Source of the DNA: Pseudomonadota bacterium
GTDB lineage: Bacteria; Bdellovibrionota_B; Oligoflexia; Oligoflexales; CAIYRB01
NCBI GenBank assembly: GCA_031416315.1
Contig: JANOTL010000174.1
Coordinates: forward strand, 1-40,465
Direction: 5' to 3'
DNA length: 40,465 nt
A program made the position numbers and the translations under genes. Numbering within the stretch: position 1 is the stretch's first letter; each line of letters starts with the position of its first letter. The notes under the pieces are model-generated. The model did not search any database and was not told the origin of the DNA. It was given only the letters and a program-made list of their open reading frames with translations. Below are positions 1 through 9,081 of the stretch, in pieces.

Positions 1-1
1 G

Positions 2-136
2 CTGATCCGGGAGCGCATTCTCGTGCGCAACGTCTCCGCTGGACCAGGCCTCGAAGGCTGCCTGCGCATCACGGTCGGCGACGAGCGGGAGAACGAGCGT
101 CTCTTGGTCGCCGCACGCAAGCTCGCCGTCAGATGA
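2..136 (+). CDS. hisC: 3' end of a probable histidinol-phosphate aminotransferase (class I/II PLP aminotransferase), partial
   Basis: Frame 2 reads LIRERILVRNVSAGPGLEGCLRITVGDERENERLLVAARKLAVR*, matching the typical HisC C-terminus (ILVR...LxGCLRITVGxxxEN). Only 44 codons are visible. Confidence 0.6.
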   Translation: MIRERILVRNVSAGPGLEGCLRITVGDERENERLLVAARKLAVR

Positions 137-153
137 CGGCGTAGGGTCGCGCC

Positions 154-681
154 TTAAAGGCAGTCGCCCAGAACGTCCATCAAAGCCTTGCCGTCGAACC
201 GGCCCGGAATCGCGACGTCGCGGAGCCCCTGGTTGCCGTAGCCGGGCTCGCCGGCCGCGCGCAGAAAGGCCGCCAGCTCCGCGCTCGTGCCCTCGAAGCC
301 CAGTTGGCAGACCTGGACGTGGCGCGTCATCGAGACGCGGCCGTTGCGGGGGTTCACGTCCGCGTACGAGCCCGCAAAGGTCCAAACGCACTGCCCGACG
401 CGGTGCGTGGCGGTGTTGACGGAGCAATCGAGGCCGAGCGAGCTCAGGTTCGAGAACTCGCCCTCACAGAAGGTGTCGCCGCAGATCAAGTCGAACTGCG
501 CCTTCAAGGAGTCGAGAGCGTCGTAATATCCGCGCAGGCTGAGCCCGGAAAAGCCCGGCTCGGCGACGAAATAGTCGTTGGCGTCCACGAAGGCGGCAGC
601 GCCGGCCTGGGCCGGTAGGGTGGTCGCCGCTAGGCTCATGGCAACGAGAGCAGGGCTGAATTTTTTCAGAAACCGAAGCAA
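154..681 (-). CDS. Secreted Cys-rich hypothetical protein (~175 aa)
   Basis: TTG start at 681 with GGGAGA RBS at 691-696 on the minus strand. Signal peptide ends near AQA/AAA. Six Cys, including ICGDTFCEGEF...CSV...CVWTFAGS. Confidence 0.75.
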   Translation of the reverse strand: MLRFLKKFSPALVAMSLAATTLPAQAGAAAFVDANDYFVAEPGFSGLSLRGYYDALDSLKAQFDLICGDTFCEGEFSNLSSLGLDCSVNTATHRVGQCVWTFAGSYADVNPRNGRVSMTRHVQVCQLGFEGTSAELAAFLRAAGEPGYGNQGLRDVAIPGRFDGKALMDVLGDCL

Positions 682-773
682 AATTGTCAATCTCCCAAAA
701 CAAATCTTTACACGGATGGTCGTACTCCCATTGCGCCACGGGGGGAAGCGACATCTCGGCATCTTGTTATTCC

Positions 774-799
774 TAAAGCAAATCGCCGTCTGGGCCGAT
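774..799 (+). promoter_or_regulatory. Putative sigma28 (FliA)-type promoter
   Basis: TAAAG-N15-GCCGAT, 25 nt upstream of the ATG at 825. Confidence 0.55.
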
Positions 800-824
800 T
801 CCCTAATGTAGATGGGAGCTTGAG

Positions 825-2090
825 ATGGCCGATGACATTACGAAGAGCCTGGCGGCGAAGTACAAGATCCAGGTTCAGACCCAAATCGACCCCAAGGACG
901 TCATCCTCATCGTCGAGGATCAGACGGACCTCCGCCTCATCGTTTCGCACCAGATCCAAAAGCAGAACATCGGAGTCGTGCGGCAAGCGACCAACGGCTA
1001 CGAGGCGATCGAGGTGATCAAGAACCTCGACGGCCTGAAGATCGCGGCGGTGATCTGCGACATGGACATGCCGGTCATGAACGGCCTCGACTTCCTCGCC
1101 GAGCTGCGCGAGAACCCGGCGCTCGACCGCGGGCCCTTCTGCCTGACGATGGAGAGCGTCAGCAAAGAGAAGATCATGCTCGCGGTCGAGAACGGCTGCG
1201 ACGAGCTCCTCGTAAAGCCGTTCACGCTCGCCGACATCGTCCCGAAGCTGCGCTCCGCGTTCACGAAGTATCACAACGCCGCGAACCCCGAGAAGCTCTA
1301 CGAGCTGGCGAAGCAGCACTTCCGCGCCGAGCGTTTCGACGAGGCGGAGAAGATCTATAAGGAGCTCGGCTCCGGCGTGAAGGGCGCGGCGCGGCCCGTC
1401 GTCGGCCTCGCTCGCATCGAGCTCAAGCGGAAAAGGCCGGCCGAGGCGCTGAAGCTCCTCGAGGAGGCCGAAAGGCGCAATCCGCACTACGTGCACGTGT
1501 TCCACGAGCGCGCCATGATCCTGTCGGCGCAAAACGACTGGTCGAAGGCGACCACCGCCTTTCGCAAGGCGATCGACCTCTCGCCGCTCAACGCGCTCCG
1601 CTACAAGGCCGCGGCCGAAGTCCTCTTCGGCGTCAAGCGCTTCAAGGAAGCGATCGAGGTCCTCGAGATCGCGGTGAAGCACAAGCTCGACTTCCCGGAT
1701 CTGCACCACTACTTGAGCCAGGCGAAGCTCGCGTTGAAAGACTACAAGGGCGCGGCAAAGCACATCCGGTCCGCGCTCTCAGCCGACCCCGAGAACGTCC
1801 CCTACCTCAATCAGCTCGGCATCTGCATGAAAGAGACCGGCGAGCACGAGGAGGCGATGAAGGCGTACAACCAGGCCATCAAGAACGACCCGCAGAACGT
1901 CGACGCGCTCTACAACAAGGCCGTCCTCGTCGCCTCCAAGGGCGACAACGTCGAAGCGGTGAAGCTTCTGGAGCGCGCGCTGCGCAAGAAGCCCGATTTC
2001 AAAGAGGGGAAGGCCAAGCTCGAGGAGTACAGGCAGGTCCTGGCCGTCGCCGCGGAGGCTGCCGCCGCTGCGCCCAAGGCCGCTGGTTAG
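825..2090 (+). CDS. Response regulator receiver domain plus TPR repeats
   Basis: REC motifs ILIVED, ICDMDMPVMNG and LLVKPF, followed by multiple TPR-like helical repeats. Confidence 0.9.
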   Translation: MADDITKSLAAKYKIQVQTQIDPKDVILIVEDQTDLRLIVSHQIQKQNIGVVRQATNGYEAIEVIKNLDGLKIAAVICDMDMPVMNGLDFLAELRENPALDRGPFCLTMESVSKEKIMLAVENGCDELLVKPFTLADIVPKLRSAFTKYHNAANPEKLYELAKQHFRAERFDEAEKIYKELGSGVKGAARPVVGLARIELKRKRPAEALKLLEEAERRNPHYVHVFHERAMILSAQNDWSKATTAFRKAIDLSPLNALRYKAAAEVLFGVKRFKEAIEVLEIAVKHKLDFPDLHHYLSQAKLALKDYKGAAKHIRSALSADPENVPYLNQLGICMKETGEHEEAMKAYNQAIKNDPQNVDALYNKAVLVASKGDNVEAVKLLERALRKKPDFKEGKAKLEEYRQVLAVAAEAAAAAPKAAG

Positions 2091-2132
2091 GCTTTAGACA
2101 TCGGGATCTTGAGATTCCTGGGCGCGCCGCCC

Positions 2133-2161
2133 TCAAGTTCAGGGCGGCCTTCAGCCGATAA
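2133..2161 (+). promoter_or_regulatory. Putative sigma28 (FliA)-type promoter
   Basis: TCAAG-N16-GCCGATAA, with a perfect sigma28 -10 octamer, upstream of the GAGGAA RBS and ATG 2195. Confidence 0.65.
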
Positions 2162-2194
2162 CACTGCATCGCCCCAACGTCACCGAGGAACTCC

Positions 2195-4432
2195 ATGCGC
2201 CTGCATACCAAAATTGCGCGCTTCGCCTTCGCGACCGCGTGCCTCGCGCTCGTCCAACTCGCCGCTTGCAAGCAGGTCGAGACCTCGGCGACGAAGTCGT
2301 TCATCGGCCTCGAAGCCGGCCAAGACGGCGAGATCCGCAAGTCGAACAGCCCGATCTTCCTAGCGCTGTCGGATTGGTTCCAGAAGTTCAAGATGAACTC
2401 GACCGCGAAGGCGGCCCCCGGCATCCGCACCAACGCCGCCGGCCTGCAGACGAGCGTGCCGTCGGAGTTCCGGAAGCTCATCACCAACTATCTCGAAGTG
2501 CAGCTGAAGCGCACCGACGAGCTCGTCGCGGCGCTCGACGGCAAGCAGTTCCCCCGCGTCCGCGCGCTCCTCGACCTCGAGACGAAGGAGATGAAGGACA
2601 TCGCGCTGGTCATGATCATGGACGGCTACACGCCGGTGACCGACGATCTTTTGGCCCGCTTCATGGCCGCTGCCCGGAAGAAGGGCGACTTCGTCGACAC
2701 CTTCGCCGCCACCGGCTTCCTCGACCGCCTCCTCGCGGTGAGCAACGTGCCGACGCTCGTGAACGACATCGAAAAGCAACGCCTCGCCTACCTCGAGGCG
2801 CTCGACACGCGCTACCTCGGCAACGACAAGTCGCTGGCCGATTTCGCCGCCTTCCTGAAGACGACGCGCGGCACGATCGTTACCATGATCGACGCGATGC
2901 AAGGCGGCGCGGGCTTGGCCCTCGCCGAAGGCGCCGAGGTCTCGGGCCCCGCGGCCGTGCTCGCAGCCTTCGCCCAGTCCGGCTCGAAGAAGCTGCGGGA
3001 CGAAGCGACCGCCCGCCGAAAAGTCATTGAGATCCGCCGCCAACAGGCCGCTAAGCGCCGCGGCGCGGGCTTGGGCCTCAACGAAACCGTCTTCGACCCG
3101 ACCGCCGGCGCCGGCGGCGCTCGCGCGGCAACCGGCGCGACCGGCGCGGCTCCCGCGACTCCGCCCGCCGCTGACGGCGCTGCCGTCGCCGCCGCCGTGC
3201 AGAGCACGCCGTCGAAGGCCGACGACGTCCTCGCCTTCCCCAACCTGGTCGCGCCGCAAGGCTCGTCGCCGCTCGACGAGATCACCGACATCCAGGAGCC
3301 GGCCGCGGCGATCACCAAAGAAGAGACCGCCGACGGCAAAGTCTCCGCGTCTGAAGGCACCGTCGCCCCGGGCGGCGGGCCCGCCCCGGGTCCTACCCCA
3401 GGACAGGCCGTCAGCGCCGCTGGCGCCGGCGCCCCGGGCGGGACGACGCAGCCGGCGGATCCTGCGAACTCGCTCGTCGACCTCCTCGCGCTCTTCAAGG
3501 GCGCCGGCCTCACCGACAACGAAGGCAACTCCCGCAAGACGAAGCTGCTCGCGGCGCCCCTCGTCGACTGCAATCAGTACAAGCTCAAGGGCAAGGGCCT
3601 CGTCGAGTGCCACCGTTACGCCGGATTCGCCAATTTGAACCTCAACAACACCGCGCCGCGTCCCACCGGCCCCGGCATGCGCGGCCTCGGCCTCACGCTA
3701 GACATTCCGGAGGCGACCTTGGCCCTCGGCCGGAACGCGCTCGTCGGCGGCGAGGCGTCCGAGAGCGGCGACGGCGCCACCCGCGCCGGACAGATCAAGC
3801 AGCAAGGATCGATCGGCTCCTGCTCGGTGCAAGCCTCGACGCTCGCCGGCGAGATCGCCGGCATCGGCGAAGGCATCAACCTCCGCGCGGGCGGCTCCGG
3901 CTTGGCCGGTGAGAGCTGGCCGTTGACGGGCGACGCCGTCAACAGCGTGTTCAGCTCAATCCAAGGCGAGGAAGCGACGTTGGAAGGCGCGATGCGTACG
4001 CTGCGCCAGCTTACTTCAGACAAGTTCAACATGCCGGACGACGAAGAGTTGCGCATCAACGGCTGGGACGACGCCATCACCTGCCTCGGCAACGGCCACC
4101 CGGTGCTCGTCGGCGTGACCATCGACATGGCCACCTGGACGTCCGGCGGCGGCGGCGCCGAGTTCGGCCTCACCGAGAGTGCCTCGATCGACGACATCGG
4201 CCGCCCGCGCTCGAACGGTCGCGGCTTGGGCCTCGCCGGTGGCGGCGGTCAGCTCACGTGCTCGCAAGCCAACGGTCACGCCGTCGTCGGCGTCGGCTAC
4301 GACTCCGAGAAAAACATCATGATCGCCAACTCCTGGGGCGCCAACTGGAACGGCAAAGGCGTCGGCCGCGTCATGCGCAACTCGTGCGAGAGCGCGCTCT
4401 TCGCGTTCTGCATCAAGCTGACGAAAAAATAA
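2195..4432 (+). CDS. Lipoprotein with C-terminal papain-like (C1) cysteine peptidase domain
   Basis: Lipobox LAAC. QQGSIGSC (Cys codon 3821), GHAVVGVGYD (His 4277) and IANSWGANW (Asn 4328) give the papain triad. Ala/Pro/Gly-rich linker in the middle. Confidence 0.8.
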   Translation: MRLHTKIARFAFATACLALVQLAACKQVETSATKSFIGLEAGQDGEIRKSNSPIFLALSDWFQKFKMNSTAKAAPGIRTNAAGLQTSVPSEFRKLITNYLEVQLKRTDELVAALDGKQFPRVRALLDLETKEMKDIALVMIMDGYTPVTDDLLARFMAAARKKGDFVDTFAATGFLDRLLAVSNVPTLVNDIEKQRLAYLEALDTRYLGNDKSLADFAAFLKTTRGTIVTMIDAMQGGAGLALAEGAEVSGPAAVLAAFAQSGSKKLRDEATARRKVIEIRRQQAAKRRGAGLGLNETVFDPTAGAGGARAATGATGAAPATPPAADGAAVAAAVQSTPSKADDVLAFPNLVAPQGSSPLDEITDIQEPAAAITKEETADGKVSASEGTVAPGGGPAPGPTPGQAVSAAGAGAPGGTTQPADPANSLVDLLALFKGAGLTDNEGNSRKTKLLAAPLVDCNQYKLKGKGLVECHRYAGFANLNLNNTAPRPTGPGMRGLGLTLDIPEATLALGRNALVGGEASESGDGATRAGQIKQQGSIGSCSVQASTLAGEIAGIGEGINLRAGGSGLAGESWPLTGDAVNSVFSSIQGEEATLEGAMRTLRQLTSDKFNMPDDEELRINGWDDAITCLGNGHPVLVGVTIDMATWTSGGGGAEFGLTESASIDDIGRPRSNGRGLGLAGGGGQLTCSQANGHAVVGVGYDSEKNIMIANSWGANWNGKGVGRVMRNSCESALFAFCIKLTKK

Positions 4433-4449
4433 AGCAAGGTAGGCGCTCC

Positions 4450-5538
4450 GTGACGGTGAAGCGGTCCAAGGTCTTCCTCGCGTCACGGCTCCTGGCGCTC
4501 GCGGTAATGATGGCAGGTTGCGGCGGCGAGGAGGGAGCGGGCGGCGCCTTCCCCGCCGGCACCGATGCGCCGAGCCCCGGACCTTTGCCCGCAGGCCCCG
4601 GTGGCGCGACGGGCGCCGGCAACGGCACGGCCGGCGCCTCGGGCCCGAGCGGCACGCCGCCGCCGTCCCCGGCGCCCAGGCCGGCGCCTGGCAGCGGCGA
4701 CGCGCTCCCCGACACCGAGACGTTCCCGAGCGGCGTCTACTACGCGGCCCCCGGCGCGGCCTTGACCCTGGTCGGCGCTGGCACGATCCCGGCGCACCTC
4801 GGCGTCGAAGGCGGCTTCGACGTCGGCGTCGCGACGTACGTCACCGTCGAGACGCCGGCGGCGGGCGACGATCCGCAGCGGCTGGTCCTCGCGTCGCGCG
4901 ACGGCCGCATGCGGCGCACGATCGTTCTGGACGGCGTCTTCGCGGCGGCGCGTCCGGCGCTGTCTCCCGACGAGAGCCTCGTCGTCTTCGAGGCCCGCGC
5001 GGCGGCGAATCGGGGCATGGACGAAGATTTCGACCTGTGGTCGATGGATCTCACGACGGCCGAAGGCACCGGCACGATGCCGAAGCGCCTCACGTCGAGC
5101 CCGAAGAACGAGCGCGGCGCGAGCTGGATGGCGCTCACGCGGCGCATCGCGTATGCGGCGAGCGATGCAGCGGGCGGCGAAATCCACCTCTATGACGTGC
5201 CCTCAGGAAAAGACCTGCTGACCATTCCCGGCGTCGGAAAGATCGCGCGCGTCGCGGTCGCTCCGGACGATACCGAGATCTTCGCACCCGAGGCGTTGCG
5301 CGGCTACGATGCCGTCAGCGGCGCGCTGACCCGCGATCTGACCGGCAAGGTGACGCAGCCGGTGGTCGACGGCGTCTACGGGATGTCTGGAGCGGAGCTC
5401 TTCCTCGAAGCCCGCGTCTCGGGCGTCGCCGGCGATGCCTCCGTCCTCCTCGAGGTCCTCTTGGACGGCAGCAAAGTCACGGCCGTGAGCCCCGCGTTGA
5501 CGCCGGCGCAGGCCTTGTCGCCGAAGCGGCGGCCCTGA
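4450..5538 (+). CDS. Lipoprotein with TolB/PD40-like beta-propeller repeats
   Basis: GTG start at 4450 (or 4456); lipobox MAGC; Pro/Gly linker; PALSPDESLVVF, DLWSMD, RLT and RIAYA repeats. Confidence 0.7.
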   Translation: MTVKRSKVFLASRLLALAVMMAGCGGEEGAGGAFPAGTDAPSPGPLPAGPGGATGAGNGTAGASGPSGTPPPSPAPRPAPGSGDALPDTETFPSGVYYAAPGAALTLVGAGTIPAHLGVEGGFDVGVATYVTVETPAAGDDPQRLVLASRDGRMRRTIVLDGVFAAARPALSPDESLVVFEARAAANRGMDEDFDLWSMDLTTAEGTGTMPKRLTSSPKNERGASWMALTRRIAYAASDAAGGEIHLYDVPSGKDLLTIPGVGKIARVAVAPDDTEIFAPEALRGYDAVSGALTRDLTGKVTQPVVDGVYGMSGAELFLEARVSGVAGDASVLLEVLLDGSKVTAVSPALTPAQALSPKRRP

Positions 5539-5550
5539 GCGAGGCGGACG

Positions 5551-6909
5551 TCAGTCGCCGCGCAAGATAGCCGCAGCCTTCTTCCGGAACGCCAAAGCCC
5601 GCGCCCTCCCATCCCGGTTCGGCGACGCCATCGAGGCCGCGCGCACGGCGGCGCCGATGTCCAGCATGCCGCCGACGCGGACATTCAGCTCGCTCGTGGC
5701 GCGCGTTCGCTGCAGGATCGTGCGCACCTCCCAGGGCGTCAGGTCGCGGTTCGCAGAGAGCATCAAGGCGACGGCCGCGCCGACCTGCGCCGCGGCGCCG
5801 GTGGTGCCGCCGAACGCGTCGATGCGGCCGTCCGGACCGTAAAGGGTGCGGAGATTCTCGCCGAAGGCGGAGACGGTGACGCGCGGGCCAAAGTTCGAGT
5901 AGTTGGCGGCACGGCCGTTCTGGCGCAGGGCGCCGACGATGATCGAGCCGGAGTCGTGGCGCTCTTCGGTGACGAGCTCGACCGAGGCGTTGCCGGCGGC
6001 GGAGACGACGCTGATGCCGGACTCGACGGCGAGCTCGATGGCCTCGCGCGTGCCGGCGAAGGTTTCGGAGGAGCCGGCGGAGGTCTGATTCTGCACGACG
6101 ATGACATCGACGTCGCCCAGGCGGACGGCGTGCAGGATGCAGCGGGCGGTCGCTTCCTCTTTGTCGACGTCGTCGACGTCGCGATCGTAATTGAAGTTTT
6201 GCAGCGGCACGAGCTTCGCTTCGTAAGCGAGGCCGTTCGTCCCCGCGCCGTCGCGCACGCCCGTCATGATCGCGGCGACCGCCGTGCCGTGGAAGACGAA
6301 TGGACCGTGGTCGACGTTCAAGGGATCGCCGAGGTCGGAGAAGTCGTAGCGGCGCTCGATCATCATATTCGGACCGAGGTCGGGCTCCTCGAGGAAAAAG
6401 CCGGTGTCGCAGTCGGCGATGGTGACGCCGCGGCCAGTCCCGTAGCGCCAGGCCTCGGGCGCCTTCAGCGCGGGGACCCACCACTGGTCGGCGAGGACGG
6501 GATCCATCGGCGTTTCCGCCGGCGGCGGGACCGCGGCGTCAGCTTCGGTCACGCCCAAAGTCGTGCCGGTGATCTTGCCGTCACGGCCCAAGGTCGAGAA
6601 AGGCGGTACGGCGGGACCGAGCTTGCCGAGGTAGCCGGTCGAGGCCGCGATCTTCGTGGCATCTTGATGCGGGTCGAGGCGCACACGGTAGAGGTTGAGG
6701 AGGTCGACCCTGCCGCCCGAGAGCTCGCGAAGATTCTGCCGCTGATCGCGCGTGAGGCCGAAGCGGACGAGCTCGCCGTCGTGGCTAGCGACGAGGGCGC
6801 GCGTCTCGGCATCGCCGATGCGAACGACGTGAGTCTCGGCGCGGGGGGCGGCGGCGGGACCGGCGGCAAGGAGGCAAAGTGCGAACGGCACGACGTAAAA
6901 TCGACGCAT
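5551..6909 (-). CDS. Secreted S8 subtilisin-like peptidase homologue (catalytic Ser position is Thr)
   Basis: Signal peptide; GVTIADCDTG (Asp), HGTAVA (His), SAAGN (oxyanion Asn), YSNFG; FGGTTGAA where GTS is expected. Confidence 0.85.
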   Translation of the reverse strand: MRRFYVVPFALCLLAAGPAAAPRAETHVVRIGDAETRALVASHDGELVRFGLTRDQRQNLRELSGGRVDLLNLYRVRLDPHQDATKIAASTGYLGKLGPAVPPFSTLGRDGKITGTTLGVTEADAAVPPPAETPMDPVLADQWWVPALKAPEAWRYGTGRGVTIADCDTGFFLEEPDLGPNMMIERRYDFSDLGDPLNVDHGPFVFHGTAVAAIMTGVRDGAGTNGLAYEAKLVPLQNFNYDRDVDDVDKEEATARCILHAVRLGDVDVIVVQNQTSAGSSETFAGTREAIELAVESGISVVSAAGNASVELVTEERHDSGSIIVGALRQNGRAANYSNFGPRVTVSAFGENLRTLYGPDGRIDAFGGTTGAAAQVGAAVALMLSANRDLTPWEVRTILQRTRATSELNVRVGGMLDIGAAVRAASMASPNRDGRARALAFRKKAAAILRGD

Positions 6910-7006
6910 GGGGGGTGACCTCGGAATTACGGAGAGCGGCGGGGATCTTATAGAAATGATTTGCGGGGCCGCAAGCTTAGATTAAGCTCACGCCCACGAG
7001 GATCAC

Positions 7007-8335
7007 GTGGGCTCTATATTGCTGAAACTACGTTGGATTTTCTTGGGTTGGCTGGCGGTCGCCGCGAGCTCTGCCCAAGCCTCGACGAGCGACGACCCCT
7101 TGCCGCCGATCCTGGCCGGCTTGGCGCTGTTGTTCGGCGCCGCAAAGCTCGGCGCTTGGGCCATGCGCAAGCTGCGCCAGCCGGCCGTGCTCGGCGAGCT
7201 TTTGGTCGGAGTCGCGCTCGGCAACGTCCCCCTGATCGAGGGTCTGCTCGCGGCGCCCGGAACCGCGACCGTGTTCGAGGCGCTCGCCGGGATCGGCGTC
7301 ATCCTCCTTCTTTTCGAGGTCGGGCTCGAGTCCTCGGTCGACGAGCTCTTGCAGGTCGGGGCGAGCGCGACCTTGGTCGCCGTCGTCGGGGTCATCGTCC
7401 CCTTCGGCTTCGGCTTTTGGGTCAGCGGGTGGCTCTTGCCCGCGGCGTCGGTCTACACGCACGCATTCATCGGCGCGACCCTCTGCGCCACGAGCGTCGG
7501 CATCACGGCGCGCGTGCTTAAGGACTTGGGCAAGCTCGAGCGCCCCGAGGCGAAAGTGATCCTCGGCGCAGCCGTGATCGACGACGTGCTCGCCTTGATC
7601 GTCCTCGCGGTCGTGCAGGGTGTGATCATCGCGGCGGACAGCGGCGTCGGCACCGGCTTCGAGCCCAGCGCGGTCTTGTGGATCTCGGCAAAGGCCTTCG
7701 GCTTCCTCGCCGTGGCGCTCGTCTTCGGCCGAAAGGTCGCGCCCTACCTCTTTCGCTTCGGCGCGCGGCTCAAGCTCGAAGGCATGCTGCTGACGCTCGC
7801 CTTGGTCTTCTGCTTCGGCCTCGCCTGGCTTTCGGCCGTGGCCGGCCTGGCGCCGATCGTCGGCGCCTTCGCTGCCGGGCTCGTGATCGACGGCGCCGGG
7901 TTCTCGCGCTACTTCAACGAAGACGGCGAAGAAACCTCGCTCGAAGACCTGCTCTTGCCGGTGTCGCGCTTCTTCGTGCCGCTCTTCTTCGTCCTGATGG
8001 GGACGAAGGTGAAGCTCGCGGCGCTCTACGACCCCGAGGTCCTCGCGCTGGCGGCGGCCCTGACCATCGTTGCCATCCTCGGCAAGCAGGCTTGCGGGCT
8101 GGCGGTCCGCGGCAAGGGCATGAGCCGCCTCGTCGTCGGGCTCGGCATGGTGCCGCGCGGCGAGGTTGGGCTCATTTTCGCGATGATCGGGGCGGGGCTC
8201 ACGCTCGGCGGCGAGCGCATCATCGATGCGAAGACGTACGGGGCGATCGTCATCATGGTGATGGCGACGACGATGATCACGCCGGTGACGTTGCGGTGGG
8301 CGCTCGCGCGGCCGCCGCGCAACCAAGGAAAATGA
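7007..8335 (+). CDS. Cation:proton antiporter (CPA2/NapA-like)
   Basis: About 13 hydrophobic segments; QPAVLGELLVG, LFEVGLE, ATSVGIT, AAVIDD and GMVPRGEVG motifs. Confidence 0.9.
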   Translation: MGSILLKLRWIFLGWLAVAASSAQASTSDDPLPPILAGLALLFGAAKLGAWAMRKLRQPAVLGELLVGVALGNVPLIEGLLAAPGTATVFEALAGIGVILLLFEVGLESSVDELLQVGASATLVAVVGVIVPFGFGFWVSGWLLPAASVYTHAFIGATLCATSVGITARVLKDLGKLERPEAKVILGAAVIDDVLALIVLAVVQGVIIAADSGVGTGFEPSAVLWISAKAFGFLAVALVFGRKVAPYLFRFGARLKLEGMLLTLALVFCFGLAWLSAVAGLAPIVGAFAAGLVIDGAGFSRYFNEDGEETSLEDLLLPVSRFFVPLFFVLMGTKVKLAALYDPEVLALAAALTIVAILGKQACGLAVRGKGMSRLVVGLGMVPRGEVGLIFAMIGAGLTLGGERIIDAKTYGAIVIMVMATTMITPVTLRWALARPPRNQGK

Positions 8336-8338
8336 GCG

Positions 8339-9043
8339 ATGAGCAAGGTTCGCACGATGTTGGTCGCGGGGGCGGAAGGCTTTCTCGGGCTCGGGGTGGC
8401 GCAGGCGTTCGCCGCGCGCGGAGTGAAGATCGTGGCGAGCTCGCGGGACGCGGCCGGCGAGGCGCGGATCAAGGCCGCCGTGCCGGACGCCTTCACCGCC
8501 GTCTGCGATCTAGGTGACGAGTCCCAGGTGCAAGCGCTGCTCGATCGCGCCGAGAAGGCCGTCGGTCCGATCGACGCCCTGGTGAACTGCGCCGGCGGCT
8601 TCCGCTGGACGACGGTCGCCGAGACGAGCGTCGCCGACCTCGATTTCCTGCTGAGCGCGAACGCGCGCTCGTCGTTCATCCTCGCGAAGCACCTGGCGCC
8701 GCGGCTGTTCGCGCGCGGCTTCGGGCGGATGGTGTTCGTCTCGTCGCGCTCGACCCTGGAACCGGCGCCTTTGGGACTTGCGGCCTACGTCGCGAGCAAA
8801 AGCGCGGTGAACGCGCTCGTGGAGAGCCTCGCGGCCGAAGCCAAGGCGAAGACCCCGGGCGTCACGGTGAATGCCGTCCTGCCGACGATGATCGACACGC
8901 CGCCGAACCGCGAGGCGATGCCGAACGAGGACTCGTCGAAGTGGGTGAAGATCCCGCAGCTGGTGGAAGTGATCGCGTTTCTCGTCGGCGCGGACGGAGC
9001 GCCGGTGAATGGCGCCTTGCTGCCGGTCGCCGGGCGGCTGTAA
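8339..9043 (+). CDS. SDR family oxidoreductase
   Basis: GAEGFLG, LVNCAGG, YVASK (YxxxK) and VNAVLPTMIDT. Confidence 0.9.
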   Translation: MSKVRTMLVAGAEGFLGLGVAQAFAARGVKIVASSRDAAGEARIKAAVPDAFTAVCDLGDESQVQALLDRAEKAVGPIDALVNCAGGFRWTTVAETSVADLDFLLSANARSSFILAKHLAPRLFARGFGRMVFVSSRSTLEPAPLGLAAYVASKSAVNALVESLAAEAKAKTPGVTVNAVLPTMIDTPPNREAMPNEDSSKWVKIPQLVEVIAFLVGADGAPVNGALLPVAGRL

Positions 9044-9081
9044 CGGGAAATCGCGGCCCGGGGCGGGCACGGCGATCCGGC

